Made by a program: the position numbers and the translations under genes
Shown: in pieces, positions 9,696 through 19,197 of the stretch
Numbering within the stretch: the stretch's first letter is position 1
How the letters are laid out: each line of letters starts with the position of its first letter
Assembly (NCBI GenBank): GCA_017463425.1
Contig: JAFTPE010000014.1
Coordinates: 29,325-93,324, forward strand
Reading direction: 5' to 3'
DNA length: 64,000 nucleotides
DNA from: Clostridia bacterium
GTDB lineage: Bacteria; Bacillota; Clostridia; Christensenellales; Borkfalkiaceae
Notes under the pieces: generated by a model
The model's database searches: none
Told to the model about the DNA's origin: nothing
What the model saw: the letters and a program-made list of their open reading frames with translations, nothing else

Positions 9696-10607
9696 TTATA
9701 AAACCTTTGATAAAAAATCTTTCAAACGCTCGTTTTTTGGGTTTGTGAAAAATTCCTCAGGGGAATTTTCTTCCTTGATAACGCCCTCGTCAATGAAGAT
9801 GACGCGCGAGGCAACTTCTTTTGCAAAGCCCATTTCGTGCGTTACCACGACCATGGTCATGCCCTCGTTGGCAAGCTCTGTCATAACGTTCAACACTTCG
9901 CCCACCATTTCGGGGTCGAGCGCGGACGTGGGTTCGTCAAACAACATTACGTCGGGTTCCATAGCCAGCGCGCGAACGATGGCAATACGCTGTTTCTGAC
10001 CGCCCGAAAGGGTGGAGGGATAGGCGTTCGCTTTGTCCTCCAAACCAATTTTTTTCAACAGTTGTAAGGCTTTTTCTTCCGCGATTTCTTTGGGAACGCC
10101 TTTTAATTTTATCGGAGCTAGGGTAATGTTTTTCATCACCGTCAAATGCGGAAAAAGATTGAATTGTTGAAACACCATTCCGATTTTTTGTCTGTGCAGA
10201 TTGATGTTTTTCGCCGCCGCCTTGTCGATTTGTTTTTCTTCCTTTTTCAGCTCGTCAAACCGAGTTTTCAGTTGCTCGTATTGTTCTTTTGCGTTTTCGT
10301 CGAACGCGTTGGCTTTTTTGAGAGCCAACAAATCTTTCATTTGCTGTTTTAAATATGCCCGTTCGTTTTTAAAAATATACGTATCGTCCAACAAAATAGA
10401 GCCTGTTGTCGGGGTTTCCAAAAGGTTTAAACAGCGTAAAAAAGTAGATTTTCCGCAACCGGACGGGCCGATTACGGCAACGACGTCGCCTTTGTTTATA
10501 TCGATATCCACGCCGCGTAAAACGTTTAATTTTCCAAAAGATTTGTGTAAATTTTTAACGGAAATAATCGTTTTTTGCGTTGCGTTTTTTATGGTATTAT
10601 CTCTCAT
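9696..10607 (-). CDS. Polar amino-acid ABC transporter ATP-binding protein (GlnQ-like) with an internal ~50-aa coiled-coil insertion
   Basis: Walker [11 protein letters not shown]-loop [11 protein letters not shown], signature LSGGQKQR, Walker [12 protein letters not shown]. An extra K/E-rich segment lies between the Walker A region and the Q-loop. Confidence 0.9.
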   Translation of the reverse strand: MRDNTIKNATQKTIISVKNLHKSFGKLNVLRGVDIDINKGDVVAVIGPSGCGKSTFLRCLNLLETPTTGSILLDDTYIFKNERAYLKQQMKDLLALKKANAFDENAKEQYEQLKTRFDELKKEEKQIDKAAAKNINLHRQKIGMVFQQFNLFPHLTVMKNITLAPIKLKGVPKEIAEEKALQLLKKIGLEDKANAYPSTLSGGQKQRIAIVRALAMEPDVMLFDEPTSALDPEMVGEVLNVMTELANEGMTMVVVTHEMGFAKEVASRVIFIDEGVIKEENSPEEFFTNPKNERLKDFLSKVL

Positions 10608-11298
10608 TTTTCATTAACCTCTTTTCCATTGTTTTAATCAATACGGTAAAGATTAAAACCAAGATAATATATACCACGGCAAGCGCCAAATAACATATAA
10701 TGGGATTGTACACCGTATTTTGTAATTTAAACGCAACTTGTAAATCGGTAACGCTGACAAAGCCTGCAACGGAGGTTTCTTTGATGATTGCAATCAATTC
10801 GTTACCGATAGAGGGCAAACAATTTTTAATGGCTTGTGGCATTATAATTTTGAGCATAGTTTGCGCGTAATTAAAACCCAACGAACGCCCAGCTTCCATT
10901 TGACCTTTGTCTACGGATAAAATACCGCCTCGAATAATTTCGGACATATACGCACCCGAATTTAATCCGAAGATTACCAATCCCCATAACAACGCGCTGG
11001 CTTGTGTAATACCTAAAATGGGTTTGATAACGTACCAACCCACAAGCAGTTGTACAACAAGAGGGGTCCCTCGAAAGAGACCCACGTATAATTTTGACGC
11101 GTTTTTCAGAATAGACGTCGCTTTATTATCAGGCAACAGTTGCATTACGGCGAGAAGAATACCTAATAGTAATCCAATAACAAAACCGCCGAGCGCAATG
11201 ATTAAAGTGTTTTGCAATCCTTCCAAAACGGTTTTATAGCCACCCAAACGGAACATTTGATTTACAAAACTTTCCCATAAATAATTCCAATTTATCAT
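10597..11298 (-). CDS. Polar amino-acid ABC transporter permease (His/Glu/Gln/Arg/opine family)
   Basis: 233 aa polytopic protein with an EAA-like loop ([25 protein letters not shown]). Overlaps the downstream ATPase gene by 11 nt. Confidence 0.9.
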   Translation of the reverse strand: MINWNYLWESFVNQMFRLGGYKTVLEGLQNTLIIALGGFVIGLLLGILLAVMQLLPDNKATSILKNASKLYVGLFRGTPLVVQLLVGWYVIKPILGITQASALLWGLVIFGLNSGAYMSEIIRGGILSVDKGQMEAGRSLGFNYAQTMLKIIMPQAIKNCLPSIGNELIAIIKETSVAGFVSVTDLQVAFKLQNTVYNPIICYLALAVVYIILVLIFTVLIKTMEKRLMKNER

Positions 11299-11321
11299 GC
11301 GACCCTCTTGTTCAACAAATT

Positions 11322-12227
11322 TTAAGCCGCTGCGTTGATTTGCGCAACGATTTGCGCCGCAACGAGATTATCTACGATACAAAGAGATACTTGTCCATTC
11401 ACCATATCGCGTACTGCGTCTGCGTGCGTTTCGTAGGGTTTTAAAGTAAGGTTTGCGTAACCGGCAAAACCGAATCCGTCGGGGTCGTTAATATCACCGC
11501 TGATATACTTTGCGCCCGTCGTACCCGTTTGGCTGCCTACTTTCGTTCCGTTTGCCAATTCTGCCAATTTCGCTTCGATATCAGCAGTCGTTTTACAATC
11601 GTCGAATCTCGTATCGTTTTCTTTTACGACGATTACTTGATAAGCCTCGTTATAATAGGGGGTGGAGAAGGTAACGGTGTTTTGACGAGCAGGCGTAATC
11701 GTAAGTCCTGCCAAACCAATGTCTGCGTCCCCGTTGTTAACAGCCATACAAATCGTATCGAAAGCAGTTTGTTTTACTGCCAAGGTTTTTCCTAATTCGG
11801 TGGCAATCATTTTACCGATTTCAATATCGATACCGCCCCAATTTTCGCCTACGCGATATTCCCAAGGCGCAAAGGGCGCGTCAGTAGCCAAAACTAAATA
11901 CGAATCGTCGTTATTCATCGTATCTTGGTAAGTAACTACGCCCTCTACGTAACTGTTATCCGTAGGTACGTCGTCTTCGTAATTTTTGCTTTCATACGTA
12001 GCAATCATTGCGCTAATTGCCGTTGCGTTTTCCGCAAGAACGTTGTTTACCGTCGTCAACAAGGAAGCGTCGTTTTTATTAACGGCAACACCGTAAGATT
12101 CGGAAGAAAGAGAAACGTCAATCAATTTTACTTTATTGGAATCGGTTTTCTTATCGCCACAAGAAGCGAAACCAAATGCGCCGAGGACAGCCACAGCCGC
12201 GAGCAATGTTGCAAGGAATTTTTTCAT
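11322..12227 (-). CDS. Amino-acid ABC transporter substrate-binding lipoprotein (SBP family 3)
   Basis: Signal peptide plus lipobox (LGAFGFASC). Periplasmic-binding fold motifs (DIGLAGLTITPAR, GSQTGTTG). First gene of the minus-strand importer operon. Confidence 0.85.
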   Translation of the reverse strand: MKKFLATLLAAVAVLGAFGFASCGDKKTDSNKVKLIDVSLSSESYGVAVNKNDASLLTTVNNVLAENATAISAMIATYESKNYEDDVPTDNSYVEGVVTYQDTMNNDDSYLVLATDAPFAPWEYRVGENWGGIDIEIGKMIATELGKTLAVKQTAFDTICMAVNNGDADIGLAGLTITPARQNTVTFSTPYYNEAYQVIVVKENDTRFDDCKTTADIEAKLAELANGTKVGSQTGTTGAKYISGDINDPDGFGFAGYANLTLKPYETHADAVRDMVNGQVSLCIVDNLVAAQIVAQINAAA

Positions 12228-12263
12228 AATTTTATCTCCTAAAAAATAAGTATTATGCCATAT

Positions 12264-12292
12264 ATTGTATACCTTATTTTAAAAGATGTCAA
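12264..12292 (-). promoter_or_regulatory. Sigma-A promoter of the amino-acid importer operon
   Basis: On the minus strand: TTGACA (12292-12287), 17 nt spacer, TACAAT (12269-12264). Confidence 0.55.
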
Positions 12293-12409
12293 TCGTTTTT
12301 ATAAGAGAAATTCGTTTTTTGGATAAAAGGGTGAGGGAAAAGCGAAAAAATCGTTGCTTTTTGTTTTTGGATATGATATAATCAATGCGAATAAAGAACG
12401 CAAATATGA

Positions 12410-13555
<1,146 letters not shown>

Positions 13556-13578
13556 GAGAAACTCAAAATATGAAAACG

Positions 13579-13621
13579 ACAGGGGCAGGGTTGCGTTGAA
13601 TGTAAATTTGCTCCTGTTTTT
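13579..13621 (+). terminator. Terminator after tgt (its 5' arm and loop are the conserved GGGGCAGG..GCGTTGAA box)
   Basis: ACAGGGGCA / TGCTCCTGT 9-bp stem (one G-U), 21-nt loop, TTTTT. Confidence 0.5.
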
Positions 13622-13790
13622 ATGTCTTTGAAACGTCCAATTCTTTTATGAAAAAACGGTGAAAAATAAAAAAATCAAAAAAAGAATGACAAATCGCTTG
13701 CAAAAAAGGAAAAAAAAGGCTATCATAATACTATGAACAAAAGGATAGGTGCGTTTTCACGCTTTCTATCGTAAAAGGAGAAAATAAATT

Positions 13791-14201
13791 ATGTTGTTTC
13801 AGTTGTTAAGCGCAGTAGAATCGTCCCCCAAAGCGGAAAGCCCTTGGAAATCCTACATTCTTTTGGGTGTATTGTTCCTTGTGATGATTGCTTTTATGAT
13901 TTTTAACAGACGTTCACAAAAGAAAAGACAGGAAGAAACCAAAAATATGTTGGACGCAATCCAACCTGGTAACAAAGTAAAGACGATTGGCGGCATTTGC
14001 GGTATCGTCGTAGAGGTTTGCCCCGACGATAACACGTTCGTTTTGGAAACGGGTACGGAAAAAAGCGGTAAATCGTATATTAAATTCGATAAACAAGCCG
14101 TTTATCAAACGGACGCAACGGTGAAAAAGGAAGAAAAACCTGCTGTAAAAGAAGAAACCGCCGAAGAAAACCCCCAAGAAGAAAAGAAAGACGAAGAATA
14201 A
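13791..14201 (+). CDS. yajC: Preprotein translocase subunit YajC with an acidic C-terminal extension
   Basis: Single TM helix followed by RRSQKKRQEE...GNKVKTIGGICGIVVEV, the YajC signature. Canonical position between tgt and secDF. Confidence 0.85.
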   Translation: MLFQLLSAVESSPKAESPWKSYILLGVLFLVMIAFMIFNRRSQKKRQEETKNMLDAIQPGNKVKTIGGICGIVVEVCPDDNTFVLETGTEKSGKSYIKFDKQAVYQTDATVKKEEKPAVKEETAEENPQEEKKDEE

Positions 14202-14242
14202 TCTTCTAAAACGGTGATGAAAAATATTCTAAAATCAAAACG

Positions 14243-14275
14243 CCTTCGCATACAATAATGCGGAGGTGGTTTTTT
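14243..14275 (+). terminator. Terminator/attenuator after yajC whose 3' arm contains the SD of the next gene
   Basis: CCTTCGCAT / ATGCGGAGG 9-bp stem (one G-U), then TGG plus T6. ATG 14276 follows immediately. Confidence 0.5.
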
Positions 14276-14656
14276 ATGGAAACTGAAAATACGTACGGTA
14301 GCGTGTTTTTTACGATAGCGAAAGGGGTGGGGGCGTCGCTTGCCTGTTCTTTTTTATCCGTGTTGGCGTTTGCGGGCTTGCTTGGCGCAGTGCCGATGCC
14401 CGATAAAGTGATTTATCCAATAGGACAAACGATAAAGGTGATTTCTATCGTTGTGGGAACGCTTGCGTTCGTTCGCGGTGAAAAAGGTTGGTTAAAAGGC
14501 GGCGTTATCGGCTTGCTGTTCGCTGCGCTTTCCTATCTGCTGTTTTCGGTGCTGGGCGGAGATTTTTCGCTGTCATGGCTGATTTTTCTCGAATTGTTCC
14601 TGTCGGTATTCGCAGGCGCGTTGGGCGGAATTATTGCCGTCAATATAAAAAATTAA
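14276..14656 (+). CDS. Small polytopic membrane protein (TIGR04086/YrzE-like, typical neighbour of SCIFF loci)
   Basis: ATG 14276 follows GGAGGTG (14262-14268). Four predicted hydrophobic helices, G/A/L-rich. The ORF-track start 14258 lacks an SD. Confidence 0.6.
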   Translation: METENTYGSVFFTIAKGVGASLACSFLSVLAFAGLLGAVPMPDKVIYPIGQTIKVISIVVGTLAFVRGEKGWLKGGVIGLLFAALSYLLFSVLGGDFSLSWLIFLELFLSVFAGALGGIIAVNIKN

Positions 14657-14696
14657 AAGACGGGACGGGAAAACTCGAAAAAATACGATAAACCGC

Positions 14697-14725
14697 TTGC
14701 AATTTTATAAAAAGTGTATTATAAT
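14697..14725 (+). promoter_or_regulatory. Sigma-A promoter of the SCIFF operon
   Basis: TTGCAA (14697-14702), 17 nt spacer, TATAAT (14720-14725), about 40 nt before scfA. Confidence 0.6.
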
Positions 14726-14766
14726 AGATATACTCAAATTTTGAAAATCATACAGGAGGTCGCTAT

Positions 14767-14919
14767 ATGATTAAAACGATTGCGAAACCCGCAGATAAGA
14801 AAGTAACCGGTTGCGGCGAATGTAGAAGCACCTGTCAGTCCGCTTGTAAAACGAGCTGTACGGTAGGCAACCAATCCTGCGAAAGAATTACGCGCGAAGA
14901 AAAAATCGAACGCAAATAA
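14767..14919 (+). CDS. scfA: SCIFF (six cysteines in forty-five residues) ribosomal peptide precursor; absent from the ORF track (50 aa)
   Basis: AGGAGG at 14753-14758, then ATG 14767. Product is MIKTIAKPADKKVTGCGECRSTCQSACKTSCTVGNQSCERITREEKIERK. The core GCGECxxxCQSACKTSCTVGNQSCE matches the SCIFF family signature and sits directly upstream of its radical SAM maturase. Confidence 0.9.
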   Translation: MIKTIAKPADKKVTGCGECRSTCQSACKTSCTVGNQSCERITREEKIERK

Positions 14920-14994
14920 TTTTTTCCGCTTGGCACTTGACTTGCGTAAAAAATTTTACGTACATAAAGCAAGGCAGAAAAGAGAAATCGCAAA

Positions 14995-15025
14995 AACGGC
15001 GTATTTGGAAAAGTACGCCGTTTTT
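14995..15025 (+). terminator. Intra-operon hairpin plus T-tract between scfA and scfB
   Basis: AACGGCGTA / TACGCCGTT 9-bp stem, 10-nt loop, TTT. Confidence 0.5.
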
Positions 15026-15061
15026 AACCGAGTAGGCAAAAATCAAGTTTAAGGCAAACTT

Positions 15062-16393
15062 ATGATACACGTATTTAGTTATAGAGAAAAAAATTATATT
15101 TACGACGTAGGCAGTGGCGCTTTGCACGAATGCGACAAACCCACCGCCGATTATTTAAAAGCGAAAGAGGAAGGACAGGCCGTCGATATCACCTATATCA
15201 CCGACGATCAGATTAAAGAAATCCTTTCGGACGTGGAGGGGTTGAAAGACCAGGGATTGCTCTTTAAAGACGAAGTAAAAACGTATCCTATGAAGAGCAA
15301 CGAAATCAAGGCGCTTTGTATCCATATCTGCCACGATTGCAATTTCCGTTGTCGGTATTGTTTTGCTGATGAAGGAGCGTACCATTCGCGCCGCGAGAGT
15401 ATGTCTTTTGAAACGGCAAAGGCGGCGGTAGATTTTCTAATCGCAAACAGCGGCAACAGAAAAGTGTTGGAGATGGACTTTTTCGGCGGTGAACCGCTGA
15501 TGAATTTCGACGTATTGAAACGGACGGTATATTACGCCAAAGAGGCGGGCGCAAAGGCAGGGAAAAAATTCCTGTTTACAACGACGACCAACGCCCTCTT
15601 ATTAAACGACGAAGTCGTTCGGTTTTTCAACGAAGAAATGGAAAACGTCGTACTTTCGCTGGACGGGCGAAAAGAAGTGCATGACGCCATTCGTAAATCC
15701 GTCAACGGCAAAGGCACGTTCGATTTGATTATCGACAAAATTAAAAATTTCATCTCCTTGCGCGGGGATAAGAGTTATTACGTCCGTGGCACGTTTACGG
15801 CGAAAAACCTCGATTTTGCAAAGGACGTACTCTTTATTGCGGACCAAGGCGTAGATTCTATTTCTATGGAACCCGTGGTTACGGAAATTGAAGATTTGCA
15901 GATACGGAACGAACATCTTCCTGTAATTGAAAAGGAATACGAAAACCTTTGCGACGCGTATTTGCAACGATATGCAGAGGGGAAAGGCTTTAATTTCTTC
16001 CATTTCAATATCGATTTGGAGGGTGGACCTTGCCTTTCCAAGCGCGTATCCGCTTGCGGAGCTGGGAACGAGTATTTTTCCGTCGTACCCAACGGAGATT
16101 TGTATCCCTGTCATCAATTTGCAGGCAACGAAAAATTCCGTATGGGCAGCGTAACGGAAGGGATTACCCGTCCTGATATTAGGGAAGAATTTAAAAATTC
16201 GTGCCTGTTTACGCGTAAAAAATGCGGCGACTGTTTTGCAAAATTCATTTGTTCGGGTGGGTGTAATGCAAACAACTACAATTTCAACGGCGATATCAAT
16301 CAGCCGTACGAAGTAACCTGCGCAATGATGAAAAAACGCATAGAATGCGCAATGCATATCCTTGCGGAGAAGAAAATTTTGCAAAAATCGTAA
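15062..16393 (+). CDS. scfB: SCIFF radical SAM maturase (SPASM-domain thioether-forming enzyme)
   Basis: 443 aa. Radical SAM CxxxCxxC (CHDCNFRCRYC) and C-terminal SPASM Cys clusters (CGAGNEY.., CGDCFAKFICSGGC). Adjacent to the SCIFF precursor. Confidence 0.9.
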   Translation: MIHVFSYREKNYIYDVGSGALHECDKPTADYLKAKEEGQAVDITYITDDQIKEILSDVEGLKDQGLLFKDEVKTYPMKSNEIKALCIHICHDCNFRCRYCFADEGAYHSRRESMSFETAKAAVDFLIANSGNRKVLEMDFFGGEPLMNFDVLKRTVYYAKEAGAKAGKKFLFTTTTNALLLNDEVVRFFNEEMENVVLSLDGRKEVHDAIRKSVNGKGTFDLIIDKIKNFISLRGDKSYYVRGTFTAKNLDFAKDVLFIADQGVDSISMEPVVTEIEDLQIRNEHLPVIEKEYENLCDAYLQRYAEGKGFNFFHFNIDLEGGPCLSKRVSACGAGNEYFSVVPNGDLYPCHQFAGNEKFRMGSVTEGITRPDIREEFKNSCLFTRKKCGDCFAKFICSGGCNANNYNFNGDINQPYEVTCAMMKKRIECAMHILAEKKILQKS

Positions 16394-16421
16394 AAAAATC
16401 ACGTATATTCCTCGTTATGAC

Positions 16422-16451
16422 TTGACGAACGAATATAAAATAGAGTATAAT
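16422..16451 (+). promoter_or_regulatory. Sigma-A promoter upstream of secD
   Basis: TTGACG, 18 nt spacer, TATAAT. Confidence 0.5.
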
Positions 16452-16507
16452 AAAAAGGTATTATTGTATTGGATTGAAAAAAATCCGAAACACACAGGAG
16501 GCAATCA

Positions 16508-17980
16508 ATGGGCAAGAAGAAATCGATGGCATTGATGATATTGTTGACCATCGTAATCGTCGTATTGTGCGCGTTGACGGTATTCCCTGCATTCTCCGTT
16601 CCCAAAACGGTAGTAAAATGGAATCCCGCAGTGTTGCAATATGATTTAGGCACAGACCTTGGCGGTAGCTATTACACGTATTATTATCCCCAAGGCGTTA
16701 TTACCGAAACGGAATACGAAGCGTTGGACGACGAGAAAAAAGAATCGTATTCGTCCCACAAAGGTTTGTATTTAAGCGACGAGGATAAATATAATATCTT
16801 CGCAGGCGACGAAGTTTCAGCGGATTTCACGGCGGAATTGCAAAAGGCAGCTAAGGCCATTGCAAACCGTTTCGCAGAATGCGGATATTCCGATTATCGC
16901 GTATCCGTCGTTGACGATTTTGCAATCAGCGTAGAAATTCCCTCGTCGGACGTAAACGCAGCAACGGCAATGTCAAGATTTGCATTGACGGGCGAAATGA
17001 CCTTGAAGAAAGGTGGCGAAGTTATCGAACAATTAAAGGGCAAAGACGCTAAGGTTACCGACCTTATCAAAGGCTTTTCGGTAAAAACGCAGTACGACGT
17101 AGCGTACGTGCAAGTGGAATTGACGAGAGCGGGCAAAGAAATGATTAAGGACATCAAAGGTTCGCTTTCTTCTTCTACCGACGCGCAAAACGCAACGGAC
17201 CAGTCGTCCGTTACCAGCCTTGACGTAGTTGTAGGCGATACGGCTATGCTGCAAATCCTCAGCGATTACGTTAGCTCGAACAACGTGATAAAAGTGCCTC
17301 TTGCGTACGATAAAGACAAAGATTACGTCGATATGGTTGCGGTGCTTTTGAAAACCATTTTGAACGAAGGCGGAAACGGATTCGATATTCAATTCCGTAC
17401 GATTTTGGACGGAGAGATCCGCAGCAACAAAGTAAACGAAAACACGTTGACGGCAATTTATATCGCGTTGGCGGTGGTAATCGTGGCTTTGATTGTGGCG
17501 TCTATCGTAAAGATGGGCAGATTCGGCGTAGTGAATACGTATACGACCCTTTCCTATTTGATTATAACGGGGCTTTGCTTTGCGTTTATCAGCAAGGGCG
17601 TTTTTGAAATTACGCTCGGTTCTATCCTCGTATTCGTAATGGGGTTGGTGTTGACCACCGTTCTCAACGTTCGCGTGTACGACGCAATCAAGAAAGAATT
17701 TGCTTTGGGTAAAACGGTAGAATCTTCCGTAAAAGGCGGTTACAACAAAACGCTTTGGAGCGTGATAGACGTCTACGCAGTTCTGCTTTTGGGTGCGTTG
17801 GCACTTCTTATCGGCGCGGCAGGTTTACAAACCATGGCGTTGCAGGCACTCATTTGTATCGTTACGGGCGCGTTCTGCAATCTCCTTTGGGGTCGCGCAA
17901 TCAACTTCACGTTCTTGTCCGCGAGCAAAAACAAATATCAATATTTCCGTTTTGTAAGGGAGGATGACGACGATGAGTAA
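16508..17980 (+). CDS. secD: Protein translocase subunit SecD
   Basis: N-terminal TM helix, large extracytoplasmic domain, C-terminal six-helix bundle. Conserved order yajC-secD-secF-recJ. Confidence 0.8.
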   Translation: MGKKKSMALMILLTIVIVVLCALTVFPAFSVPKTVVKWNPAVLQYDLGTDLGGSYYTYYYPQGVITETEYEALDDEKKESYSSHKGLYLSDEDKYNIFAGDEVSADFTAELQKAAKAIANRFAECGYSDYRVSVVDDFAISVEIPSSDVNAATAMSRFALTGEMTLKKGGEVIEQLKGKDAKVTDLIKGFSVKTQYDVAYVQVELTRAGKEMIKDIKGSLSSSTDAQNATDQSSVTSLDVVVGDTAMLQILSDYVSSNNVIKVPLAYDKDKDYVDMVAVLLKTILNEGGNGFDIQFRTILDGEIRSNKVNENTLTAIYIALAVVIVALIVASIVKMGRFGVVNTYTTLSYLIITGLCFAFISKGVFEITLGSILVFVMGLVLTTVLNVRVYDAIKKEFALGKTVESSVKGGYNKTLWSVIDVYAVLLLGALALLIGAAGLQTMALQALICIVTGAFCNLLWGRAINFTFLSASKNKYQYFRFVREDDDDE

Positions 17981-19121
17981 GAATATGTTAAAGAAAACTA
18001 AACTTTGGTCTATTCTGGTTGGAATCGTTCTCGTGGCGGCGTTGGTGGTAGGAATCGTATTTGGGTTCAATAACGCAAACGTAGACAACAGAACTGCCCT
18101 TACTGTAACGATGGACAGATATGTTTATAATGCAGACTTAGATGATGTGAAAGCGGAATGTGAAAACGTAATCGGCAACGTTGATTACGAAGTAGTGGAA
18201 GGCTCTATGTCGGGTAACGTAGGTGAACTCGTTTATTTCTTTGATGCAGACGAAGTTTCTTTCGAGCAAGCAACGGCTATGAAAGATGCAATCAATACGA
18301 AATTTTCCGAAAGAGTAAATGCCGAAGACGATAAATTGTTCGGTTTTGAAATTTCCGCGACGGTCAATGGTGAAACGTTGGTGGATTCGGTTGCGAAAGG
18401 GTATACCCTTCGCGGCGCAATCGCAATTGTCGTAGTGGCTGTGTTGGCATTTGCATACGTGGCAATCCGTTACAACGTTTTCAAAGGCATCTTGGCTTGC
18501 GCAAGCGTGCTGTTGGGTGTTCTTTTGACGACGGCTGTGGCTGTGTTGACTCGTATCCCCGTTGCCAATTCCTTGCTGTACGCAATCGCATTCGGCGGTT
18601 TGCTGTCGTTGGTGAACGTCGTAATGAATCTGGCGAAAGAAAAAACTGAAACGGAAACGTGTTGCAATGTGGCAACGAAAGAAATCTCCGCTTTGGCAAT
18701 CTGTTTGGGCGTAGCGTTTGTTCTCGTTGGCGTTGTGGGCATCATTACCAATATGGCAATCCTTTGGTTTGCATTGCTTTGCCTTGTGGCAACGGCAGTT
18801 GCGGCGTTTGTAGGTCTTATTTACGCGCCTATATTAAACTCGCCTTTGGAGGCAATCGCAGCAGAACAAGCGGAAGCTCGTTCCACCGATTATAAAGGTG
18901 CGAAGAAAACCAGCACCAAAGAAAAGAAAGTTTTCGTAAAAGAAGAAGTGAAAGCGGAAGAACCCGAAACGGTTGAAGAAGCGAAAGAAGAAACAACAGA
19001 ATCCGTTGTGGAAGAAACGACGGAAGAACCCGTGGAAGAAGTAGAAGAAATTGAAGAAACGGAAACAACCGAAGAAACCGTAGAAACCGAAGAAGAAACA
19101 GCGGAAGAAACGGAAAACTAA
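17973..19121 (+). CDS. secF: Protein translocase subunit SecF with a long E/T-rich acidic tail
   Basis: Start placed at ATG 17973, 9 nt after AAGGGAGG (17956-17963); ATG 17964 abuts the SD. N-terminal TM helix, periplasmic domain, five further helices, then a ~70-aa EE(T/V)-rich tail. Confidence 0.75.
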   Translation: MSKNMLKKTKLWSILVGIVLVAALVVGIVFGFNNANVDNRTALTVTMDRYVYNADLDDVKAECENVIGNVDYEVVEGSMSGNVGELVYFFDADEVSFEQATAMKDAINTKFSERVNAEDDKLFGFEISATVNGETLVDSVAKGYTLRGAIAIVVVAVLAFAYVAIRYNVFKGILACASVLLGVLLTTAVAVLTRIPVANSLLYAIAFGGLLSLVNVVMNLAKEKTETETCCNVATKEISALAICLGVAFVLVGVVGIITNMAILWFALLCLVATAVAAFVGLIYAPILNSPLEAIAAEQAEARSTDYKGAKKTSTKEKKVFVKEEVKAEEPETVEEAKEETTESVVEETTEEPVEEVEEIEETETTEETVETEEETAEETEN

Positions 19122-19197
19122 AACGAATCAAAAACACGTTCGGGCGGGAGGGGGTCAGCTTTCCCGCCCGAAACCGTTAAAACAAAGAAGAAAAATT

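Noticed and set aside
19139-19172. Terminator after secF
   Set aside because: There is a strong 11-bp hairpin (TTCGGGCGGGA/TCCCGCCCGAA) but no downstream T-tract on the plus strand. It may still act as a stabiliser or weak terminator, so it is not called.
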